This document shows positions 1 to 7,381 of a stretch of 64,000 nucleotides of DNA, one piece after another; positions within the stretch are counted from its first letter, which is position 1; each line of letters starts with the position of its first letter. The DNA comes from an uncultured Trueperaceae bacterium (GTDB lineage: Bacteria > Deinococcota > Deinococci > Deinococcales > Trueperaceae). The notes under the pieces were generated by a model. It had not been told where the DNA came from and made no database searches. It saw only the letters and a list, made by a program, of their open reading frames with translations. The position numbers and the translations under genes are program-made. The DNA lies in NCBI GenBank assembly GCA_963727505.1, contig CAVSGP010000004.1:704001-768000 (forward strand). The letters run 5' to 3'.

Positions 1-1
1 G

Positions 2-799
2 CGCGCCGTGCACGAGCGCTACGCGGCGTTCGACGGGTTCGTGGTGCTGCACGGAACCGACACCATGGCCTACACGGCCTCGGCGCTCTCGTTCCTGCTC
101 GACGGCCTGGCCAGACCGGTGGTCCTCACCGGCGCCCAGATCCCGCTCGCCGAGGCGCGCAGCGACGCCCGGGAGAACCTCGTCACCTCGCTTCTGCTGG
201 CGGCCCGCGACGATCTGGCCGAGGTCTGCCTCTACCTGAACGGCGTCATCCTTCGCGGCAACCGCAGCACCAAGGTCTCCGCCAGCGGCTTCGACGCCTT
301 CACGTCCCCCAACGAACCTCCCCTCGGGACCGCCGGCGTGACGCTGGAGCTCCGGCGCGAGGGCCTGCGGCCTCCCCAGGCCGGGCCACTCACGGTGACT
401 CGCCTCGGAGAGGTGCCGGTCGCCGCGTTGCGCCTGTTCCCAGGGATGCGGTCCGACCTGCTGCGCACGCTGCTGGCGGCCCCCGTGGCGGGACTGGTGC
501 TCGAGACCTACGGCTCGGGGAACGCGCCGCAACGCGACGAGGCGTTGTTCGAGGTGCTCGGCAACGCCACCGCGCAGGGAACCGTCATCGTCAACTGCAC
601 CCAGTGCCTGCGCGGGCGCGTCGACATGGGCGGTTACGTGGGCGGCGACCGCCTGCGCGAGGCAGGGGTCATCAGCGGCTTCGACATGACCGCCGAGGCC
701 GCCCTGACCAAGCTCATCTGGCTGCTCAGCCTCGGGCTCGACGGGACCGAGGTGAAGCGTCGCATGCAATCGGACCTCCGCGGGGAGCTCACGGTCTGA
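2..799 (+). CDS. ansA: Type I L-asparaginase (5' end outside window)
   Basis: HGTDTMAY, PVVLTGAQ, RGNRSTK and ETYGSGN motifs; frame is open to the window edge. Confidence 0.9.
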   Translation, partial: RAVHERYAAFDGFVVLHGTDTMAYTASALSFLLDGLARPVVLTGAQIPLAEARSDARENLVTSLLLAARDDLAEVCLYLNGVILRGNRSTKVSASGFDAFTSPNEPPLGTAGVTLELRREGLRPPQAGPLTVTRLGEVPVAALRLFPGMRSDLLRTLLAAPVAGLVLETYGSGNAPQRDEALFEVLGNATAQGTVIVNCTQCLRGRVDMGGYVGGDRLREAGVISGFDMTAEAALTKLIWLLSLGLDGTEVKRRMQSDLRGELTV

Positions 800-837
800 G
801 CTGCGCGACCGCCCGCGACCGGCTGTATGCTTGCGCC

Positions 838-1155
838 ATGGAAACCGTCACGCTCGCCCGGAAACGCGCCTTCGGCGACGCCATGAAGAAGGTGCCGCTG
901 TTCGACAGCGAGCGCCTGCTGTTCGACCTGTACTGCCTGCAACCCGGGCAGAGCCAGAGGGTCCACAGCCACCAGGACGCCGACAAGGTGTACGTGGTGC
1001 TGGAGGGCGAAGCGCTCTTCGAGCTGGACGACGAGCAGGAGTTGCTCCCCGAGGGTACCGCCGTCATCGCCCGCGCAGGCGCGGCGCACGGGGTGCGCAA
1101 CGATTCCACCAGTAGCGTCGTGCTTCTGGTGGCGATGGCCCCTCGGCCGGCATGA
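838..1155 (+). CDS. Cupin-domain protein
   Basis: PGQSQRVHSH...YVVLEGE...AGAAHGVRN cupin motifs; ATG lies 6 nt after TATGCT (leaderless). Confidence 0.85.
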   Translation: METVTLARKRAFGDAMKKVPLFDSERLLFDLYCLQPGQSQRVHSHQDADKVYVVLEGEALFELDDEQELLPEGTAVIARAGAAHGVRNDSTSSVVLLVAMAPRPA

Positions 1156-1583
1156 ACGCCACAACCCGACTGCCCGAGCCGCTCGGCGACCTCGCGCTCG
1201 ACCACGTGGCGATCGCGGTCGAAGCGCTGGACGAGGCGACCGACGCCTACCTCGCCCTCGGCATGGACCCGGCGGGCGACGACGAGACGATCGCCGAGCA
1301 GGGCGTGCGCGTGCGACCCCTGAAGCTGGGCGACACCCTGGTGGAGCTGATGGAGCCGATCGCCCCCGACGGCCCGGTGGGCCGCTTCCTGGCCAAGCGG
1401 GGCCCGGGGTTGCACCACATCGCGCTCCGGGTGCCGGCGCTCGAGCCGCTCCTGGCACGCCTCCGCAGCCTCGACGCCCCCCTCCTCGACGATCGTCCCC
1501 GCGAGGGCCGCGCGGGGACGCGCATCGCCTTCGTGCACCCACGCTTCACCCACGGCGTGTTGATCGAGCTGGTCGAGGCGTGA
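1152..1583 (+). CDS. mce: Methylmalonyl-CoA epimerase (VOC family)
   Basis: DHVAIAV, ELMEP, RGPGLHHIAL, IAFVHP...GVLIELVE; ATGA overlap with the cupin gene. Confidence 0.9.
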   Translation: MNATTRLPEPLGDLALDHVAIAVEALDEATDAYLALGMDPAGDDETIAEQGVRVRPLKLGDTLVELMEPIAPDGPVGRFLAKRGPGLHHIALRVPALEPLLARLRSLDAPLLDDRPREGRAGTRIAFVHPRFTHGVLIELVEA

Positions 1584-1713
1584 AGGCGGGCCGTGCCCGC
1601 ACGCCCGCCCTGTGGCGTATCCCCGACGGCGCGCCCGACACCGACGGATAGAATGGCGCCGTGACGCAAGCGACCTGCCCCAACGCGAACCCGGTCGAGG
1701 CGGCGTCGGCACC

Positions 1714-2508
1714 GTGAGCGCCATCCGACTCGCCATCGTGGGTGCCGGCAAGATGGGTGGCGCCGTGCTGCAGGGAGCCCTGCGGGCGGAAGTGCTGTCC
1801 GCCGACGAGATCGGCATCTACCACCCCAACCCGCGACGTCTGGCCGAACTGTCCGAGCGCCACGGTGTGGCCGCGCTGGACGACGACGCTCTGCACCACG
1901 CCGAGCGCGTGCTGCTCTCGGTGAAGCCGCAGTCGTTCGACAGCGTGGCGCCGCTGGTCGCCCAGCGCAACGCCTCCTTCCTGTCGATCATGGCGGGCGT
2001 CACCGCCCGCACCATCGCCCGGCGCGTGGGCTCGCAGCGCGTCATCCGCGCGATGCCCAATCTGGGAGCCAGCCTCGGCGTGAGCGCCACGGCGCTGGCG
2101 CCCCTGCCCGAGGCCAGCGCCGAGGACCTGGCGATGGCGCGCACCCTGTTCGGAGCGGTCGGCCGCGTGTACGACGTCCGCGAGGAGCTCTTCGACGCGT
2201 TCACCGGCCTCGCCGGCTCGGGTCCGGCGTTCGTGGCCGTGGTCGCCGAAGCGCTCGCCGACGGTGGGGTGCGCTCCGGCCTCGACCGCGACACCTCGCG
2301 AGACCTGGCGCGGCAGGTGCTGCTGGCGGCGGCCCGCCTGCTGGAGACCAAGCGCCCCAGCGAGCTCAAGGACGAAGTGGCCAGCGCTGGCGGCACCGCC
2401 ATCGCAGGCGTGCGGGCGCTCGAGCGCCACCGGCTGCGCTTCGCCCTCATCGACGCCGTCGAACAGGCCGCGGAGCGCGCCTCGGCCCTGAGCCGCGAGG
2501 ACGGCTGA
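1714..2508 (+). CDS. proC: Pyrroline-5-carboxylate reductase
   Basis: GAGKMG, VKPQ, RAMPN, GSGPAF, VASAGGT motifs; GTG start inferred. Confidence 0.92.
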   Translation: MSAIRLAIVGAGKMGGAVLQGALRAEVLSADEIGIYHPNPRRLAELSERHGVAALDDDALHHAERVLLSVKPQSFDSVAPLVAQRNASFLSIMAGVTARTIARRVGSQRVIRAMPNLGASLGVSATALAPLPEASAEDLAMARTLFGAVGRVYDVREELFDAFTGLAGSGPAFVAVVAEALADGGVRSGLDRDTSRDLARQVLLAAARLLETKRPSELKDEVASAGGTAIAGVRALERHRLRFALIDAVEQAAERASALSREDG

Positions 2509-3146
2509 TGGCGGGGATGCTCGGGCGCGTCCGCCACGGGCGCACCGCCCGCGGCCATGACGACGCCCGCCGTCGCTCCACGGCCGTCCGGGCCCTGGCG
2601 GTCGCCTGGCTGGCACTGCTCACCGCCGGTCTCGCGGCCGCGCCACCGGACTACTACCCGGCCCGTGCCGGCCTGAGCTGGACCTATTCCAGCGGCGAGA
2701 CGCAGCAGCTCGCCGGGCCGCGGCAGGTCGACGGCCACCAGGTGATGGTCCTGACGCACTACTTCAACGGCGTGCCGGTCTCCGAGGACTACATGCAGTT
2801 CGGACCGGACGGCGTCCACACGCTCGGCACGGCAGCCGGCGGCAAGGTGACGATCTACCCCACTCCTTTGACGGTCTACCCCGCCGGTCCTCTGCAACCG
2901 GGCATGCAATGGCAGAGCACCACCAAGCTGCCCGCGTTCGACATCACCCTTTCGTCCGAGGTCATCGGCGTGCGGGGCGTGAAGACGCAGGCCGGGCGCT
3001 TCAACGCCCTGCAGATCCGACAGCGCACCCTCACCAGCAACGGCGCCAAGACGATCATGGACCTGTTCTTCGTGCCCAGCGTTGGCATCGTCCGCTTCGT
3101 GACGCAGGACGGCACGACCATCGATCTGATCGACAAGAACTTCTGA
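2508..3146 (+). CDS. Hypothetical secreted protein
   Basis: Signal-peptide-like N-terminus; DYYP...W, beta-rich body ending FFVPSVGIVR; coupled to the proC stop. Confidence 0.7.
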   Translation: MAGMLGRVRHGRTARGHDDARRRSTAVRALAVAWLALLTAGLAAAPPDYYPARAGLSWTYSSGETQQLAGPRQVDGHQVMVLTHYFNGVPVSEDYMQFGPDGVHTLGTAAGGKVTIYPTPLTVYPAGPLQPGMQWQSTTKLPAFDITLSSEVIGVRGVKTQAGRFNALQIRQRTLTSNGAKTIMDLFFVPSVGIVRFVTQDGTTIDLIDKNF

Positions 3147-3153
3147 CGACGGT

Positions 3154-4380
3154 TCAGTCTTCCCCGAGCAGCGCCGCCTTGAACGCCGCGAAGCGATCCT
3201 CGGCCAGACTGTCGCGGATGTCCTCCATGAGGCGCGCCATGAAGCGCAGATTGTGCACGGTCACGAGCTGCTGCGCGAGCCGCTCGTTGGCCTTGAACAG
3301 GTGACGCACGTAGCTGCGGCTGTAGCTCCGGCAGGCCGCACAGTCGCATCCTTCCTCTAGCGGCCGCAGATCCTCGGCGAATCGCGCGTTGCGCAGGTTG
3401 AGACGGAAGGTGGCGAGGCGCTCGCCGTCGTCGCCCCGACGTACGAAGGCCGCGCCGTTGCGGGCGTTGCGGGTCGGCGCCACGCAGTCGAAGGTGTCCA
3501 CACCGCGCTCGACGGCCTCGAGGATGCTGGGCACGTCCCCGATGCCGAGCAGATGCCGCGGCTTCGCTTCCGGCAGCTCGGGAACCGTCCAGTCGAGCAC
3601 CGCGTACATGTCCTGCAGCGTGCTGCCGAGGTTCCCGCCGATGGCCATGCCATCGAACGGCATGGCCCCGATGGTGGCAGCACTCTCCTGGCGCAGGTCG
3701 CGGAACGCGCCCCCCTGCACCACTCCGAACAGCGCCTGCGGGTAGCCGTGCCTCGGCGTGGAGCGCTCGAAGGCGCGCAGGCTGCGCTCGGCCCAGCGGT
3801 GCGTGCGCTCCATCGAACGGCGGGTGTACTCCTCATCGTGCAACGGGCTGGTGCACTCGTCGAAGGCGAGCACCATGTCGGCGCCGAGGGCGCGCTGCAC
3901 CTCGATGGACACCTCGGGCGAGAAGTCATGGAGGCTGCCGTCGATGTGGCTCTTGAAGCGCACCCCCTCCTCGCGGATGCGCACCATCGAGCTGCCCCGT
4001 GGCAGGCGTGGCGGCGCCTCGCCGGGGAAGATCGAGGCCACCTTGCCGACCCCGTGCTCGATGGAGGCACCCAGGGAGAACACCTGGAAGCCGCCCGAGT
4101 CCGTCAGGATCGGGCCGTGCCAGTTCATGAAGCGGTGGAGGCCGCCGTGCCGCTCGACGATCTCCGCGCCCGGGCGCAGGTAGAGGTGGTAGGTGTTGGC
4201 GAACAGGAGCTGGGTCCCGGCCGCGGCTACCGCGTCCGGCGCCACGCCCTTGACCGCCGCCTGCGTTCCCACCACGACGAACGCCGGTGTGCGTACCGCG
4301 CCGTGCGCCGTCTCCAGGGTCCCGAGCCGCGCCGCGCCGCGGCGCTCGTGCAGGGTGAAGGTGGGGGCATTCGGGTCCAT
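3154..4380 (-). CDS. tgt: tRNA-guanine transglycosylase
   Basis: NTYHL, TDSGGFQVFSL, QGG, PRHLLGIG, FDCVAPTRNAR and CxCxxC...HN zinc site. Confidence 0.95.
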   Translation of the reverse strand: MDPNAPTFTLHERRGAARLGTLETAHGAVRTPAFVVVGTQAAVKGVAPDAVAAAGTQLLFANTYHLYLRPGAEIVERHGGLHRFMNWHGPILTDSGGFQVFSLGASIEHGVGKVASIFPGEAPPRLPRGSSMVRIREEGVRFKSHIDGSLHDFSPEVSIEVQRALGADMVLAFDECTSPLHDEEYTRRSMERTHRWAERSLRAFERSTPRHGYPQALFGVVQGGAFRDLRQESAATIGAMPFDGMAIGGNLGSTLQDMYAVLDWTVPELPEAKPRHLLGIGDVPSILEAVERGVDTFDCVAPTRNARNGAAFVRRGDDGERLATFRLNLRNARFAEDLRPLEEGCDCAACRSYSRSYVRHLFKANERLAQQLVTVHNLRFMARLMEDIRDSLAEDRFAAFKAALLGED

Positions 4381-4525
4381 GGTGGCGGCCCGCCATTGTA
4401 CCCGCCGGCCGTTGGCGGCGCCGTCCTGTAGCGCGACCCTTGGTGTCCACGCACGGCTCGGCTCACAGCGCGACAACGGAGGGCCCACTTTGCCCGATTT
4501 CACGTCTGCTTAGCACGGCACGCCC

Positions 4526-4554
4526 TATGATGCACGCATCGGGCATTGCCCGAT
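4526..4554 (+). promoter_or_regulatory. Putative -10 box (TATGAT) and 5' hairpin of the riboswitch leader
   Basis: TATGAT at 4526-4531, then hairpin atcgggc-att-gcccgat; the same arrangement occurs at 6051-6079. Confidence 0.5.
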
Positions 4555-4630
4555 CTTGGAACGCGATGAAACCCGTCTCCTAACGTGGGCGCTTGAGACG
4601 GGTGGAGCGAGTAGCGCAACCGGCCAAGGT
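4553..4630 (+). ncRNA. c-di-GMP-II riboswitch aptamer 1
   Basis: GGAA..GCgAUGAA, stem acccgtctc/gagacgggt, loop UGGGCGCUU, GGAGC.AGUAGCGCAACCG; closing helix cttgg/ccaag; pseudoknot GCGCU/AGCGC. Confidence 0.85.
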
Positions 4631-4737
4631 GAGTCAATCCTCATCCTCAGCCGAACACGCGTCCACAACGGCTCCGCAAGGGGTCGTCGAGGGAGTATCC
4701 GGTCGTGCCACGAGTTCATGCTCGCGCACGCAAGCCG

Positions 4738-4822
4738 GGACCCCCCGGAAGCGATGAAGCCTGTCCTGCACTTGGGCGCTTGGGACAGGTGGAGCCAGTA
4801 GCGCAACCGGCCAGGCGGGTCC
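4738..4822 (+). ncRNA. c-di-GMP-II riboswitch aptamer 2 (tandem with aptamer 1)
   Basis: GGAAGCGAUGAA, stem gcctgtcc/ggacaggt, UGGGCGCUU, GGAGCCAGUAGCGCAACCGGCC; closing helix ggaccc/gggtcc. Confidence 0.85.
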
Positions 4823-4891
4823 TTTGTGGTCCAACGCAGCACCGTCGGTCAGGCGCCCCGAATCGTTCGAGAGGCTTCGAGGCGAGGACCG

Positions 4892-5908
4892 ATGGTGGCC
4901 GACAGCGCGTCAGGCAAGAGCACCGCAGTCCTGCACAGGGTTCGCCGCAGGCGGATCGCCGGCTGGCTTCGCATCGTCTACCTGGCCCTGGCGGCGGCCG
5001 TCGTCCTGTCGGAAGCGGGCTGTTCGTCCGTTGGGACGGAGGTCCCGGCGAGCCTCACGAGCGCATCTGACGTTCCGCAGCCGATGTTCGGGGCCTACAC
5101 GGACGGCGGCGTCTGGCAGGGCATGGAGCCTGTCCGGCAACTCGAAACGTTGCTCGGACGCAAGCTCGATATCGTGCACTGGTTCATGAGTTGGGACACG
5201 CCCTACGACATCGCCCTCGTCGAAGCGGCCAGCGCCGACGGCCGACGTCCTCTCATCACCTGGGAGCCGAACCACCAGGCGGTCCAGGCCATCGCCGCGG
5301 GCACGTACGACGGGCTCATCCGAGATTTCGCAGACGGCGTGCGTGCCACGCCCGGGATCGTGTACGTTCGTCCGTTCCCCGAGATGAATGGGGATTGGGT
5401 GCCTTGGAACGGAGACCCCGCCGCCCTGGTGGCGGCCTGGCGCCACATGGTGACCGTGTTCCGGGCCGAGGGAGCGGACAACGTGCGGTGGGTCTGGAGC
5501 CCCAACGTGACGGACCAGCCCAACACACCTGCCAACGCCATGGAGCGCTACTACCCTGGCAGCTCTTACGTCGATGTGTTGGCACTGGACGGTTACAACT
5601 GGGGTACGACAACGAGCTGGAGCACGTGGCAGAGCTATACAGAGATCTTCGCGCAACCGTACGCGCGCATCACCGCACTGGGGCCGCAACCGGTGTGGAT
5701 CACGGAGATCGCCTCCGCCAGCCAGGGCGGAGACAAGGCCGCGTGGGTCGCGAACATGCTCAATACGTCGGCCTTCCCCCGCATTCAGGCCCTGGTCTGG
5801 TTCAACCAGAACAAGGAAGCGGATTGGCGGATCGACAACTCGGCCAACGTCATCCAGGCGGCTCGCGTCAATCTTGGCCCCGGAACCGCCACCCTTGCGA
5901 GCCGATGA
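4892..5908 (+). CDS. GH26 glycoside hydrolase, probable lipoprotein
   Basis: ITWEP, RPFPEMNGDW (acid/base Glu), YYPG..YVDVLALDGYNWG, PVWITE (nucleophile); hydrophobic segment then AGC. Confidence 0.88.
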   Translation: MVADSASGKSTAVLHRVRRRRIAGWLRIVYLALAAAVVLSEAGCSSVGTEVPASLTSASDVPQPMFGAYTDGGVWQGMEPVRQLETLLGRKLDIVHWFMSWDTPYDIALVEAASADGRRPLITWEPNHQAVQAIAAGTYDGLIRDFADGVRATPGIVYVRPFPEMNGDWVPWNGDPAALVAAWRHMVTVFRAEGADNVRWVWSPNVTDQPNTPANAMERYYPGSSYVDVLALDGYNWGTTTSWSTWQSYTEIFAQPYARITALGPQPVWITEIASASQGGDKAAWVANMLNTSAFPRIQALVWFNQNKEADWRIDNSANVIQAARVNLGPGTATLASR

Positions 5909-6078
5909 GCCACGAGGCATGCTGACGTCGTCGAGCCAGGGCATCCTGTCAGAGAAGGTACCGGCTCCGCCCTTCCCCCGGGGACGCTGGATGAAGTCCG
6001 GATGAACCTCGCCGTTGGGAGATCTGTCACAATCTCACCGGGCACCGTCGTAGGATTCATGAGTCGGGCAAGGCCCGA

Positions 6079-6152
6079 CCTTGGAAGCGATGAAGCCCGT
6101 TTCCCAACGTGGGCGCTCGAGACGGGCGGAGCGAGCAGCGCAACCGTCCAGG
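6079..6152 (+). ncRNA. c-di-GMP-II riboswitch aptamer 3
   Basis: GGAAGCGAUGAA, stem gcccgtttc/gagacgggc, UGGGCGCUC, GGAGCGAGCAGCGCAACCG; closing helix cttgg/ccagg. Confidence 0.83.
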
Positions 6153-6208
6153 CAGATTCGTAGCTGCCCATCGTCGGTCAGGCGCACCTAGTTCTTCGCG
6201 AGGCGACG

Positions 6209-7207
6209 ATGGCGATGGTGTCTCAGTCGAACGAGAGTGGTGAACGGCGTAGCCGCGCGAGCGGCCGGCGCTTCACGACGGCGATCGCGATCACGATCGC
6301 CGTGCTCGTGCTGGCAACCGGGTGTTCGAGCGTGGCCAGCCGACCGCCCCGAACCGTCGCCCGCCCATCGGATGTCCGGCCGATGTTCGGCGCCTTCACC
6401 TACGGTGGCGTGTGGCAGGGGATGGAGCCCGTTCGCCAGCTCGAAGATCTGCTCGGACGCAAGCTCGACGTGGTCCACTGGTACATGAGCTGGGACACGC
6501 CCTACGACGTCGCTCTCGTGAAGGCGGCCATCGCCGGCGGGCGCCTGCCCATGATCACCTGGCAACCCCACCACCAGACCGTCTCCGACATCGCTTCCGG
6601 AACCTACGACGGCACCCTCCGCAGTTTCGCCGACGGCGTGCGGGCCACGCCCGGCCTCGTCTACGTGCGCCCCTTCCCCGAGATGAACGGTGACTGGGAA
6701 CCCTGGAACGGACAGCCGGCTACCTTCGTGAGGGCGTGGCGCCACATGGTCGACGTCTTCCGAGCCGAAGGCGCCGACAACGTGCGGTGGGTCTGGTCGC
6801 CCAACGACACCGACCAGCCAAGTACCCCTGCCAACGCCATGGAGCGGTACTACCCCGGTAACGCCTACGTCGACATCCTTGCTCTGGACGGCTACAACTG
6901 GGGAACGAGCCGGAGCTGGAGCACATGGCGCAGCTTCAGCGACATCTTCGCCCAGCCCTACGCCCGCATCACCGCCCTCGGACCTCAGCCCGTGTGGATC
7001 GCCGAGGTCGCCTCGACCAGCAAGGGTGGCGACAAGGCCGCCTGGGTCGCCGGCATGCTCGACACCAAGCAGTTCCCCCGTATCCGAGCGCTGATCTGGT
7101 TCAACCACAACAACGACATGGACTGGCGCCTGGACAATTCGCTCGCCGTGGTCCAGTCCGCACGGGCGAACCTTGCGCCCAACCTCGACGCGGCCGCCAG
7201 CCGCTAA
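6209..7207 (+). CDS. GH26 glycoside hydrolase lipoprotein (paralog of 4892-5908)
   Basis: LATGC lipobox-like motif; RPFPEMNGDW, DGYNWG, PVWIAE; highly similar to the upstream paralog. Confidence 0.88.
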   Translation: MAMVSQSNESGERRSRASGRRFTTAIAITIAVLVLATGCSSVASRPPRTVARPSDVRPMFGAFTYGGVWQGMEPVRQLEDLLGRKLDVVHWYMSWDTPYDVALVKAAIAGGRLPMITWQPHHQTVSDIASGTYDGTLRSFADGVRATPGLVYVRPFPEMNGDWEPWNGQPATFVRAWRHMVDVFRAEGADNVRWVWSPNDTDQPSTPANAMERYYPGNAYVDILALDGYNWGTSRSWSTWRSFSDIFAQPYARITALGPQPVWIAEVASTSKGGDKAAWVAGMLDTKQFPRIRALIWFNHNNDMDWRLDNSLAVVQSARANLAPNLDAAASR

Positions 7208-7329
7208 GCGTTCGCGCGCCCATCGAAGTCCATCGCGACTCGTCCACCGGACAGCTCGATCTCGACGCGGTGCTGACGGTCCTGAACCTACACCTCTCCC
7301 TCACCACCGACGTCAGCCCCGACGGCCGG

Positions 7330-7359
7330 CTCTACCTCACGACGCTCTACCTCACGACG
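7330..7359 (+). repeat. 15-bp tandem duplication (ctctacctcacgacg x2)
   Basis: Direct reading of the sequence. Confidence 0.9.
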
Positions 7360-7381
7360 GTGAATGGCACACTGGTTCGCC

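Noticed and set aside
4553..6152. Three similar ~75-nt repeats considered as a CRISPR array, REP or MITE
   Set aside because: No regular spacers, terminal inverted repeats or cas genes; 5'-UTR position and covarying stems fit riboswitch aptamers
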